NCBI GenBank assembly: GCA_051294375.1
Contig: CM119266.1
Span: 15,214,991 to 15,278,726, forward strand
DNA length: 63,736 nt
Direction: 5' to 3'
Origin: Paraspadella gotoi
Lineage: Eukaryota > Animalia > Chaetognatha
Shown here: positions 1 to 13,358 of the stretch, in pieces
Layout: each line of letters begins with the position of its first letter
How positions within the stretch are numbered: position 1 is the first letter of the stretch
The notes under the pieces: generated by a model
Told to the model about the DNA's origin: nothing
Database searches by the model: none
Seen by the model: only the letters and a program-made list of their open reading frames with translations
Made by a program: the position numbers and the translations under genes

Positions 1-1442
1 GAGAGAGAGAGAGAGATAGGAATCGTACACGTCTTTATTTTATGGTGTTCTCTTCTTTTCGTATTCCCGTTTTGCCGAGCATAAACAGAACGAGGCGCTC
101 GGCGGGCGATTCCCGTTTATGCCGTTTTTTATGATTAAATATATTTTTATTTATATTAGTAAACCTAACGATAAAGTAAACATGCATATTCTTGCTTCTC
201 ACTGCTTTGTATTGGCTCCTTAGACTTTTCTCTTTCACCTCCCACGCCGATTATTGTTCCCGCCCCTCAGCCTTTTCAAAACGGTCACGCCCTTTCCCCA
301 GCCTCCGAACCTTTCCTTCTCGCCAACCCCGAAAACGAGCGGTCACTATTTTCCAGAGACGACGCGTACGGAACGCGTGGAGGTCACGCGGCGCCGGCGG
401 CGCCAAAGGCCGGCGTCACAACCATCTCGATAGGGTCAGCGACCATCGGGGAAACATCTCGCCCATGGGCGTCTACGATGACGACAACGACGACCGCGAG
501 GGGGCACAATAAAAATAAAGAGAAATAAAGACAGACAGAGAGAGAGAGTGTTAGGGGATCGAAAAAAGAGGCGGGCGGGCGGCGAGGAGGCGGAGGCGGC
601 GGCGTGAAGGGTCAACTCGGAAGATCAGGGGTCCGCGACTTCGCCCCTTTGATTATGGGGCGAAACTGCCCCTTATTTTTTTGCGATGGACTCGTTTCCT
701 CCCTCAGCTTTTTTANNNNNNNNNNNNNNNNNNNNNNNNNNNNNNNNNNNNNNNNNNNNNNNNNNNNNNNNNNNNNNNNNNNNNNNNNNNNNNNNNNNNN
801 NNNNNNNNNNNNNNNNNNNNNNNNNNNNNNNNNNNNNNNNNNNNNNNNNNNNNNNNNNNNNNNNNNNNNNNNNNNNNNNNNNNNNNNNNNNNNNNNNNNN
901 NNNNNNNNNNNNNNNNNNNNNNNNNNNNNNNNNNNNNNNNNNNNNNNNTGGTTGTCGGGGAGGGAAGGCCTCGTGTCCATCGCCCGGGCTGGAAAATCTT
1001 TGACCCCTCGGGATCTCGAATTTGGCCTTTCGCTTTTAACGCGATTGTCGTCGCATCAAATTCGCGCGCAGTTCAGACTTTTTTCTTTTCTTTCTCTTTT
1101 TTTTTCATTTTTTTCCTTTATTTTTATTTTATTCTTCGCGCTTCTCGCGATTTATGATGATCTAGAGAGAAGAGCCCCTCATATATATATACGCAACTCC
1201 CCCCAATGGTACCCCATAACTTTTTCTTCATACTCTAAAAATCCGAAGAGATCTAATTGCGATACTTCTCTTTGCTCATTTTGACCCAGATTCTTTGTTT
1301 CTAATTCTATTTTTCTGTTCAAATAACTTAAATATCTTCGGATTTAACATTGTTTATATTTCAACTTTTTCAACTTCGGCTGCCTCTACCATTCCTCTTC
1401 CTCTCCTCCTCCCTTCTACTTGCCTCCTCCTCCTCCTCCTCC
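1..1442 (+). repeat. Left arm of a ~1.4 kb inverted duplication (partner ~2291-3735)
   Basis: Reverse-complement match checked at both ends: 18-125 vs 3541-3650, and 1261-1442 vs 2291-2478. Differences are mostly 1-2 nt indels. The arm ends at a 25-N gap (1443-1467). Confidence 0.95.
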
Positions 1443-1480
1443 NNNNNNNNNNNNNNNNNNNNNNNNNGAGAGAGAGAGAG

Positions 1481-1530
<50 letters not shown>

Positions 1531-1768
1531 GCGGTGGCAGGGGGAAAGGTCTGGGTCCTCTCCCCCTTCGCCACACCAGATTCCTTTTTTTCCCCAGCGC
1601 CCCTCACTTTTCCGGGTCGCCACGGGTTGAGGAGTGAAGGAATGAACCGAAGCTGGCGAAAACAAATCCCGTTAATGAGGAAAAATGGCGACAGAACACA
1701 AAAGGGATTTCGATATAAATCGGCAAACAAGTTTTTTTTTTTTTCGTGAGGGGTAAAGAGGGAGGGAG

Positions 1769-1829
<61 letters not shown>

Positions 1830-2290
1830 GAGAGAGAGAGAGAGAGAGAGAGCAAAGAAGATGGTTTTCACCGTCAAAGAACAACTTATAAGGGAGAGTT
1901 ACTTGGCATCGTCGTCGTTGTAAAACAAATGGTTGGCATATAATTCGCGCGTCAGTGAGGTAAAGTTGAGAATTAAAATAATGATTAGAGCGAACTACAG
2001 AAAGCCTCATCATCACATCGCTGACTTTTGCGGAGAGAAAAGAGATAAGAGTGAGAGAGAGACGAGAGAGAGAGAGAAAAAGAGAGAGAGTGAGAGAGAG
2101 AGAGAGAGAGAAGAGAGAGAAACCAGAGAGAGAGTGAGAGAGAGGAGAGAGAGAAGAGAGAGGAGAGAGAGAGAGGAGAGAGAGAGAGAGGAGGAGAGCA
2201 AAAAAGAGGGAAAAGGCGATGGAGGAGGAGCATACACGGCATAAGAGCATCAGGGTTCAACCGAGGGACAAATACCAGGGTCAACGGGAG

Positions 2291-3677
2291 AAGGAGGAGG
2301 AGGAGGAGGAGGAGGCAAGTAGAAGGGAGGAGAGAGGAAGAAGGAATGGTAGAGGCAGCGATATTGAAAAAGTTGAAATATAAAACAATGTTAAATTCCG
2401 AAGTATTTAAGTTATTTGAAAAGAAAAATAGAATTAGAACAAAGAATCTGGTCAAAATGAGCAAAAGAGCAGTATCGCAATTAGATCTCTTCGGATTTTT
2501 AGAAGTATGAAGAAAAAGTTATGGGTACCAAATTGGGGGGAGTTGCGTATCATATAATATGAGGGGCTCTTCTCTTAGATTCAATCATAAGATCGCGAGA
2601 AAGCGCGACGAATAAAACTAAAATAAAAGGAAGAAAATGAAAAAAAAAGGAAAGAAGAAAAAGTCTGAACTGCGCGCGAATTTGATGCGACGACAATCGC
2701 GTTAAAAGCGAAAGGCAAATTCGAGATCCCGAGGGGTCAAGAGTTTCCAAGCCCGGGCGATGACACGAGGCCTTCCCTCCCCGACAACCAGCCCCCACTA
2801 TCGACCCCCAGGCGATAGACCTGAACCCCCGCCCCCCCTAAATCGTGTAAAGAGATAGACATAAATCGTCCGCGCCCACCGGACCGTTCCCTCCCCCACT
2901 CCCTCCCTCGCCCGTTCTCTCTTCGCCAACGATTATAAAAAATATAAAAAAGCTGAGGGAGGAACGAGTAACATCGCAAAAAAATAAGGGGCAGTTTCGC
3001 CCATAATTCAAAGGGGCGAAGTCGCAGGACCTCCCTGAATCTCCGAGTTACGCCTTCAACGCCGCCAGACTCAGCTCCTCGTGCCGCCCGCCGCTCTTTT
3101 TTTCGATCCGCCTAACAACTCTTTCTCTCTCTGTCTGTCTTTATTTCTCTTTATTTTTATTGTGCCCCCTCGCGTCGTCGTTGTCTCATGCGTAGACGCC
3201 CATGGCGAGATGTTTCCCCGATGGTCCGCTGACCCTATCGAGATGGTTTGTGACGCCGGCCTTTGGCGCCGCCGGCGCCGCGTGACCTCCACGCGTTCCG
3301 TAACGCGTCGTCTCTGGAAAAATAGTGACCGCTCGTTTTCGGGTTGGCGGAAGGAAAGGTTCGGAGGCTGGGGAAGGGCGTGACCGTTTTGAAAAGGCTG
3401 AGGGCGGGAACAATCATCGGCGTGGGAGGTGAAAGAGAAAGTCTAAGGAGCCAATACAAAGCAGTGAGAAGCAGAATATGCATTTGTTTACTTTATCGTT
3501 GGTTTACTAATATCAAATAAAATATATTTAATCATAAAACCGGCATAAACGGGATTCGCCCGCCGAGCGCCTCGTTCTGTTTATGCTCCGGCAAAACGGG
3601 AATAACGAAAAGAATGAGACACCATAAAATAAAGACGTGACGATTCCCTTCTCTCTCTCTTCTCTCTTCTCTCTCTC

Positions 3678-3735
<58 letters not shown>
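2291..3735 (-). repeat. Right arm of the ~1.4 kb inverted duplication
   Basis: Reverse complement of 1-1442. Its ~2791-2945 segment corresponds to the N-gap 716-948 in the left arm. Confidence 0.95.
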
Positions 3736-3876
3736 GCTTTTCTTTTTCGTCAAGGTTTCTATCCGCTTTTTTTCTAATCACCTAGCATCTCCTCTCTCGC
3801 TCTCTCTCGTTCTCGAGTATATATGGATAAATTTGTTAGCAAACAGAAAACGTATACGTCGACGTCGTGGCGATTC

Positions 3877-3945
<69 letters not shown>

Positions 3946-4935
3946 GAGAGAGAGAGCCTCTTACGACGAATGGAAGCTTAACGTGGATTCATGACTGCGG
4001 AAAGAAGGCGAGGGAAAAAAGAGAAATTCTCGAGCGTACGAAAGTCGAGGGTGGAAGAAAGGGTGGAAAGGTGGATGGGTGGACAAGGTAGGAGGTGGTA
4101 TCGAGGAATCGAGGCAGGTGGTGAGGGGGCGAGGTGGGATTCGGAAAGAGAAGGGTTAAAGGAAGCAGCAGAGAGAGATTAAGCTCGAAGAAGAGACGAA
4201 GAAATCGCGACTTTTAACTTGAGATTTTTAAGAGCCGAATCGTCCTGCTCGGACAGTTTGTCGTTTGAGGATTTGTTTCCCTAGATTGTAAATAGTAGAA
4301 TGCTGACTTACTATCTCTTTGACTCACTCTTTATGTTACTCTTTCAATCACTACCTCTCTCATTCACTCCAGCAGTCACCATTTTTTTTTTGCCCTCACT
4401 CTGAAAATTATTTGTTGGGCGGCAAGAGTTGAGTTACACATTCGGGCAAAAAAAAAAGGAATCGTAACTTAACTGAAAAATCGAGAGCTTACAGGAAAAA
4501 AATAAGGAAAGGAGAGAAAGAAGAAAGATAGAAAGAAAATTTATAGAAAGAAAAGAGAAGAAAGAAAGTCGGGGGCGAAACGGAATCGCAAGGACGAAAA
4601 TCCGCGGAACGATTTACGAATGAGTGGAAAAAGTTTGGGCGACGACGTCGCGATTTATTGGGCCGAGTGGGTGTGGCCAGGGGCGAAGGGGTGGCGGTGG
4701 CGTAGGGGAGGGTGACGCGAGATTGATCGAGAGACGGAGAGACGGACGAGGTAAGGAGCCGACGTGAGTCTCGAGCGAAGGGCGCGGATGAGGGAGAAGG
4801 GAGGGAGGGCAGTGGATATTTTATCGGTGCATTGGATTCAATCCAAAGACGGGTTCATATCGGAGATTCTCTCCTCCTCTTCGAAAAATCGGAGTTTTTA
4901 AGGACGTTTGAGAGAAGAGAGAGAGAGCGAGAGAG

Positions 4936-4974
<39 letters not shown>

Positions 4975-5195
4975 CAGAGAGAGAGAGAGAGAGAGAGAGA
5001 GAGTCCCGCACCCTCTCGCTCCCACTCCTTCCGAAGCGCGGGATTTAATTGAAGCCGGGAAACAGCAGTTAACAGTTGAACGGAGGAGAAATTCGGGAGA
5101 GCGATCCCACTTTAATTGAGAGAACATTTTCCCGAAGCGCCCTCTCTTGAAATTAAACATTCTGAGAACGAGATCCCCATTTAGGGGAGACGGGA

Positions 5196-5248
<53 letters not shown>

Positions 5249-5894
5249 AGAGAGAGAGAGAGCGAAGGACTTCGTCGCGGAGAGAGAGTTTGGATGAAGA
5301 TAATTTTCTCTTTCCTCTTTTCCCTCGTCTTTTCCTTTTCTTTCTCCATCCAAATTTTCAACTCTCTTTTTCTCGTAATATCTTTATCGCTTTGAATTTC
5401 ACTTCAACGGTTCTACTGACGCGAAAATTAAAAAAAAACCGATTTCTTAATGAACGAGGAAAAAAAACTCATTTGCTTTTCGGTTATTGAGCGAATTCTT
5501 GTATCTCTTTGTCTCCATTTTTCTCTCCCACTTTCTCTCTTTCTATTTTTTCTGTTTCCGCATTAATCAACACAACGCGAGGACGCTCCTCTCTTTTTCT
5601 CTCTCTCCAATGAAGAAAAGAAAAAAATGGAAATGAAAATCTGGGCTTCTGATTCACTCCGCGTATTCATCCCAGCGACTCGGTAACACACTCCCGGCCT
5701 GACCCGACGCGGGTTCTAAACCTTACCGAGTAAACTGCGCCAAAGTCTCCCCTTATTAACCGCCTCTCAACGCCCCCTCTCCCTCCGAACTTTCTGATTA
5801 CCTCCGACGGTACTTTAAGCTTCGTTTGAGAATTAAGCAAAAACCATTAGGCCTCCCTTACCAGGAGGTGGAATGAAATTTTTTCTTTACTTAT

Positions 5895-5993
<99 letters not shown>

Positions 5994-8464
5994 GGACTCC
6001 GGGATACCTTTCCAAAGCTAATTTTATGTAATAATCTTAAGAACCGACGATATTTAATTTGCTTCATTTGTGTCGCCGTCGTTCGTCATCGTGAGCTTCC
6101 ACCCAAACTTTTCCGATCGTTCCCTTTTCTTTCCGATGATTCCGAAGAAAAAGGGACGAAACATGCGTCGAAATTCTTTCTACCCTAATATTCGCCCCTC
6201 AGAATTGCTTTTTTTCTTCTTCTTATTTCTTTTGTTCCTTGATTTCTTCTTTTTTTTCGCTCTCTTCTTCTCACTCTTTCTTTTTCTCGCCATTTTATGG
6301 GGAAATTATGCAGTTTTTTTGCGGTGACGAAATGTTTCGACGATTCTCGACCTTTTTCTTCTTCCGGAGTTGCCACCGAAAAATTCCGTCTTCGCTTTAT
6401 TGCTTTTCATTTCCTACCGATGCTTTTTTTTTTTTGGTTACCGTCGTTTTGTAAAGCACCCACGACCCGAATCAACCTCGAACCTAAATTCCTTCAGTTT
6501 TTGTCAATTATAATTAGGCCTTGTTTTAATAAATTATATTTTGGATTTTATGTTAAATGTTCCGAGTTACTTTTTAGATTACTTTTTTACTCATTTCTAT
6601 CACGTTTTTTAGTTTTTTAAATTTACCAGAGCTTACATAACTTACCTAACAAGCATTCAAAATATATCCATTTAAAAAATAGCGTTGCCATTGTGGCCGT
6701 CGTCGTCATCGTCGTCGTCGTCGTCGTCGTCATCATTCCCTTCATTGACGTTATCGTCATAAAAAGGCATAAAATGTCACCTTAGTCGTACTTGATCTTT
6801 TAGTTTCTTTTCCTTGCGTAATTGAATGTATTGCAAATGCACTAAATGTATTCCTAATTATTTCGTAGTCTGATGATTTCATTTTGTTCTGTCAAAACTC
6901 GAAGCAATGAACGCCAGAATAGCTGCCCTGAAAAATGAGATACGAGATATTCTAAGTAACAACACTGGCGCCAGTGAATAGAGNNNNNNNNNNNNNNNNN
7001 NNNNNNNNNNNNNNNNNNNNNNNNNNNNNNNNNNNNNNNNNNNNNNNNNNNNNNNNNNNNNNNNNNNNNNNNNNNNNNNNNNNNNNNNNNNNNNNNNNNN
7101 NNNNNNNNNNNNNNNNNNNNNNNNNNNNNNNNNNNNNNNNNNNNNNNNNNNNNNNNNNNNNNNNNNNNNNNNNNNNNNNNNNNNNNNNNNNNNNNNNNNN
7201 NNNNNNNNNNNNNNNNNNNNNNNNNNNNNNNNNNNNNNNNNNNNNNNNNNNNNNNNNNNNNNNNNNNNNNNNNNNNNNNNNNNNNNNNNNNNNNNNNNNN
7301 NNNNNNNNNNNNNNNNNNNNNNNNNNNNNNNNNNNNNNNNNNNNNNNNNNNNNNNNNGAGAGAGACGAAGGAGGAGCAGGAGAGAGAAGCCAGCAGAAGG
7401 AGCGGACACAGGCCAAGGACAGATGGAGGGTATAAGAGAGAGAGCGAGGGAGAGAGCAGGGTGAATGACAGCGAAGATAAGAGATCCAGCAAGGACTAGG
7501 GGAAGAGAGATAGAGCAAGAGGACATGAGATGAGACGAGAAAAAAAAGAGAAACCAGAGTTGCTGTGAGAGAAAGAGTGGGGGGAAATAGGGCGGTAGGG
7601 AGAGAAAAGAAAGGAAAAAAAGGTTTGATGTATTTCGATGCCGAAGCCTCGCTTCCGCGGAAATGATGGATTGTTTTGATAACGGAATTCGTAAAGAGAA
7701 GGAAGAAATGAAAAGAAAAGAAGAAAAAAAAAAGGAAAAAAAGGAAATAGGAAATCGTGAGATGTAAAAAAAAAATATTCTCCGTCGCTTTATCCTCTCC
7801 ATCGGCTCAGCTTTGATTTAACTCGTTTTTACCGATTCGATTGTACAACTTTTCTTTATCAGTCAAAACTTCTCCTCTCGATTTCTTTCTCCCATTCCCT
7901 CCCACCTCCTTCCTTTCCTTCCTCCACTATTTCTTTTCCTTTTTTTTTCTTTCCCCTTCTTTCCTTTCAGATTGCTCGTCGCTGAGGAGACGTTATTTTG
8001 TCAGTTGCTCACGCACGAGAGAGAAAGATTTAGTATGAGGTCATAATGCAAATCAAGGAAGAGCGGAGCGACAGCGTCGGCCGCAGCGGGGAGGCAGCAG
8101 CAGCGGCCGCCGTCGTCGCCGCCGCTCCTGCTGCGCCCGAAAACGCGTAACATTACATGAATTCAGACTTAAACGAATGGAAGAATGAATAACCACTTAG
8201 GAAAGGGAAGAAGAAGGGAGCGCGAGCTAAAATGAAAAGAAGAAGACAATATTTTTTTACTTTTCTTTTCCCGAAAATACATTATAATATTTATTTCCGC
8301 GAGACAGAATTCTTTAAATTAGTTTGGAATGAGAATCGCTGCAGCGAAAGAATAATTCTAATCTCGAAACAGTTTGATTGACGCTCCCGTAATAAAACAA
8401 GCAGCTCACCGTGGCGGAAACGCTGGTCAGAATTTCTCTCGTTATCGACGCCGCCGCCGTCGCT

Positions 8465-8564
<100 letters not shown>

Positions 8565-8864
8565 AAATGCTTTCATAGCCGCGCGTACTCCGCCGCCGCC
8601 GCACTAATAAAACCATTTGGCCGCTGCGTCGCCGCTGCTTTTGATGGCTAAGAATGACGAAGACGCGAGAAAGCAGTTCTGAAATTGCTGCTGCTGCCGA
8701 AATTGCTGGAGCTGTCGCCGCCGCCGTCGCCGCAGCTTCCGTCGTCGTTTCGTAGTGGATTCCACTCCGCCCCCTTTACTCCTTCCACCTCCCCCCTTTA
8801 AAAAAAAAGGATGAGAAGCTAAAAGCACGGTCCTGATTTAGGATCATTAAGTGGAAAGGGGATC

Positions 8865-8950
<86 letters not shown>

Positions 8951-9314
8951 CTCTCTATTTCTTATCTCACATATCTCTTATTTTTCACTTCTCTATCCTA
9001 AATTTACTACTTCACAACCTAGTTCACAGTAAATTCATTTTTACTTTACTATTTTATTTCCCGTATTCTTTAAAAATATTTAAATTCCATTCTGTGACCC
9101 TCAAAAAATAAAAATGTCACACATCCGTAATCTCTATTATATATTCATACTCTCTCTGTTATCCTTTCGTTACGATACACAGGCCAGTTATCTCACTATC
9201 TAATTTTTTTTGTTAAGACTTATCTTAAAATTACACGCTTACACGCCCAACCAGTTTATTCTGACATTTTAACACATTTTTCGACTTCTATGCCAGCAAA
9301 TACAAAAAACAGAA

Positions 9315-9350
<36 letters not shown>

Positions 9351-9639
9351 CGTCTGACGTCAGAGCTAATTCCTGTTTACGTTACGAGAGAATTCAGTAT
9401 CACGTTCATCTGTTGCTCGTCGAAGGGATGGACGAGTGGAGCAGGTAAAGCAAGGAGGGGAGCGAAAGAAGAAATTAAAGAAAGGAGCGGGGATAGAGAG
9501 AAGAGGAGTAGGAATAAGACAAAAGTAATAAATAAACGTTGAATAAAATAAATTCAAATCATTTGTAAAAAAAAATATATATCGTTGACTTGTTTGTGTT
9601 GATGAGGTTTGACATGCCCTTCCACTCGCTCTCCTTCCC

Positions 9640-9691
<52 letters not shown>

Positions 9692-10149
9692 CCTCTTCCG
9701 GAGCTTTCTTATCATTCCAACCTGGGCTAAGAAAATCATTTCAATAAAGCTAATTTTGAAAAGGTGCAAATAATAGCAAAAAGTTTTGACTAAATGGATG
9801 GTACATCTAAGCATATTTATTAAACTAAAAAGACAAAAATTACATTTGAAAAAATATATGGAAAATATAACATTAAAAAAGAACGTGCTGCTGAGAGAAA
9901 GGAAGAAAAACTGCTGTGATCTGAAATGGACGTAATGTGGGTGGACCGGTGCCAATGGAAAATGGCAATGGGTGAAAACTACTCTATCCNNNNNNNNNNN
10001 NNNNNNNNNNNNNNTCATTCTCCACCGCACTCTATCTAATCGGCAACAAAAAAGCGTTAACACCATTTCCTCGCTTATTCCGCCCAAAGAGCGCTTCCAT
10101 TTTACCAAACGTCTTCCTCATTCCTGCCATTCTTCTGCTCTCCTCTCTC

Positions 10150-10231
<82 letters not shown>

Positions 10232-10257
10232 CGTCTTCTTTATTCTCTTTTCACTCC

Positions 10258-10641
10258 GCTTTTTCTCACCTCTGTCCGTGATTCTCAATTCCCCAGAAAT
10301 TCCTTTGGCTTTTTTATGCATTACTTGAACAGACTGTACTTTCAAAGTTGACACTTTGCCTCCGCCAACCCCGTGATAAATGAAATATTTTCCCGAGGAG
10401 TTGCATTTTAACCTCTCTCTCTCTCTATTCTTTCTCCCCTCCCTCTCTCCTCTCCCACTCTCTCTTGCTTTTTCGTTTCTCCTGCTTATTCCTTCCGGTG
10501 TTTCTTACTCTGTGAAAACCCAGAAATTTTTTTCTCGCTTTATTATGGTTGTAAAAAGATCCAGCCTTCAGGCGGGGAACGGAAGAAGATAAAGAGAGAG
10601 AAAAAAGAGATGAGAGAGAGATAGAGAGAGAGAGAGAGATA

Positions 10642-10681
<40 letters not shown>

Positions 10682-11912
10682 GAAGAAGAATTTTTTTTAG
10701 AAAAAGAGAGAGCGAACTTCCGCTCCGTTTGATTAGCATTAAATCCTTTGACGTCCGCCGAGCTTAATTCAAACATGGATGATGAGTCCCTTGCATTCGG
10801 TTTTGTGTGAGATGGGTAAAGTTCACGACTTCGCCTTGCGGCTGAGCCTCGAGAAAAAAGAGAGAAGAAAAAAAAGTGGGAAGGAGGGAACAAGAAATCA
10901 AAGGTTTTTTTCATTTTTTTCTTTTATCCCGCCTAAGGAAAGACGCAGTGTATGTAAATAACTGGACTATACCATTATGCCTTGTTTATCTATTCTAATA
11001 TTGACCATTCATATGTCACATCTTCGTCAGTTATTCTGTATATTCCTATAACACGTATAGAAAATAACTCATCTCTCTCCTCTCTTTCTCTCTCTCACTC
11101 TTCCCTCTCTCCCTCTCTCCTCCTCGTTTTGGAGTTCTTTTCTCCTGCGTTCCATTATTACAAGTATATCTCTCAGATTGTTCTATCCCGTTTTCTATCG
11201 GATTTTTTTTCTTTTTTAAATTCATTATTAACGCCGAAATACGAAGTCGACTTCATTTTAACTTTTATTCGAGCAAAAAAGAATTAAAGCGAAGAAAAAA
11301 ACAACCAGATTGATGACTTTGTTTTAACCTTTTCCAAGGGAATTCGAAAGGAGACCGGGGAACGCCAACAATTCACGAGAAACGCCCCATGGCTCAACCC
11401 GATCAGTGCAGAAGAAGCCGAACCAAGCACAGATGCCTTACCCCACACGTCGAATCGAAAATAATCTATCGCAGATGGCCCAATGCGGCCAATACGAACT
11501 TACATAATATATTGTACGTCAGACAATCAAACTGACTATCATTTTTGCTACGGGATTAATTAATAATCTATTATTATTCTTAAAAACTGTTTTTGTTTTG
11601 CTCCACAAAAAATAATTTTTTCGCGCGGCGCGCGTTTCCTGCACGCCGCGTTTCCTTCCGACCGCCGTATTGGTTGACCAAAATCATTTTTTTCAACGTT
11701 CCACGAAAAACGCCGATGATTTTTATGTTCCGTCCAAAAGGATCGAAGCCTGCAAGGGGAACGAGAGAAATACGAGGCGAGGAGTGACAGGCGTACCGTA
11801 CGACATCCCAACGCCCAAACACTGCAAGTAAAAGAACACCTTCAAATCAAGAAACTGGGTAAAGCCTGGTTACTAACTTCAAACAAATCCAAAATCTTTA
11901 TAGTTTTGTTGC
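10258..11912 (+). repeat. Copy 1 of a ~1.5 kb tandem duplication (insertion-rich copy)
   Basis: Starts ttttctcacctctgtccgtgattctc, as at 11941. Collinear to caaaatctttat...gttg (~11890-11911 vs ~13336-13357). Longer than copy 2 because of many scattered inserted bases. Confidence 0.93.
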
Positions 11913-11940
11913 GGATGTCGTGGAAACGGCAGATTGGTCG

Positions 11941-13358
11941 CTTTTTCTCACCTCTGTCCGTGATTCTCATTCCCCAGAATTCCTTGGCTTTTTTATGCAT
12001 TATGAAACAGACTTCTTCAAAGTTGACTTACTTTGCCTCCGCAACCCCGTGATTAATGGAATATTTTCGAGGAGTTGCATTTTAACCTCTCTCTCTCTCT
12101 ATTTCTTTCTCCCTCCCTCTCTCTCTCTCCCACTCTCTCTTGCTTTTTCGTTCTCCCTTCTTATTCCTTCCGGTGTTTCTTACTCTGTGAAAACCAGAAT
12201 TTTTTTCTCCTTTATTATGGTTGTAAAAAGATCCAGCCTCCGAGGGGGGNNNNNNNNNNNNNNNNNNNNNNNNNNNNNNNNNNNNNNNNNNNNNNNNNNN
12301 NNNNNNNNNNNNNNNNNNNNNNNNNNNNNNNNNNNNNNNNNNNNNNNNNNNNNNNNNNNNNNNNNNNNNNNNNNNNNNNNNNNNNNNNNNNNNNNNNNNN
12401 NNNNNNNNNNNNNNNNNNNNNTTTTTTTAGAAAAAGAGAGAGCGAGACTTCCCCCGTTTGAATTAGCATAAAATCCTTTGACGTCGCCGAGCTTAATTCA
12501 AACTGGATGATGAGTCCTGATTCGGTTTTGGTGAGGAATGGGTAAAGTTCACGACTTCGCCTGGGCTGAGCCTCGAGAAAAGAGAGAAGAAAAGGGAGGA
12601 AAGAATCAAAGGTTTTTTTTTCTTTTTTTTTTATCCGCCTAAGGAAGACGCAGAAAATATGCTCGTTTTCTTTCTTTATTCCTAATGCTCTTCTCGTTTT
12701 CTTTATTTTATAAACGTAGAAAATTCTCTCTCTCTCTCTTTCTCTCTCTCACTCTCCCTCTCTCCCTCTCTCTCTCCTCTTTTGGAGTTCTTTTCTCCTC
12801 GTTCCATTATTAAAATATCTCTCAGATTTTCTTCCCGTTTTTCTATGATTTTTTTTTCTTTTTTTAAATTTATTTTAAACGCCGAATACGAAGTCGACTT
12901 CATTTTAACTTTTTATTCGAGCAAAAAGAATAAAGAAGAAAAAAAAACACAGATGATGACTTTGTTTTCTTTTGCAAAAAAAAAAAAGTAAAAAAAATCT
13001 TCCCGGATTCAAGGACGAGAATTCAACGCCTTCCAACGATCGTGTTTCCGTAATCGAATATCGTATCGAGGCCATCGCCAATACATTATTAATTATCGTA
13101 TAATACTATTTTTTGTATTATTAATATTATTATTATTTTAAGCGCTTTTTTTTTGCTCCAAAATATTTTTCGGCGCGGCGCGCGTTTCTGCGCACGCGCG
13201 TCCTTCGACCGCGTTGGTTGACAATCATTTTTCACGTTCACGGACGCATGATTTTTTCGTGATTCGAGCTGAGGGGGGGGATAGAGGGAGTGAGGGTGAG
13301 AGTCACGCCCACGTTGGGTTTATACTTAAAATATCAAAATCTTTATTTAGTTTGTTGC
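11941..13358 (+). repeat. Copy 2 of the ~1.5 kb tandem duplication
   Basis: Direct repeat of 10258-11912. Its N-gap 12250-12421 corresponds to the GA-rich tract ~10579-10690 in copy 1. Confidence 0.93.

Noticed and set aside
2270-2310. tcaacgggagaaggaggagg resembling a remnant of the PacBio hairpin adapter at the palindrome arm boundary
   Set aside because: The match is short and imperfect, the GGA repeat is mirrored in the other arm, and the arms are separated by ~850 bp of other sequence.
8046-8053. Octamer motif ATGCAAAT
   Set aside because: A single 8-mer is expected by chance, and no snRNA gene or other supporting context is nearby.
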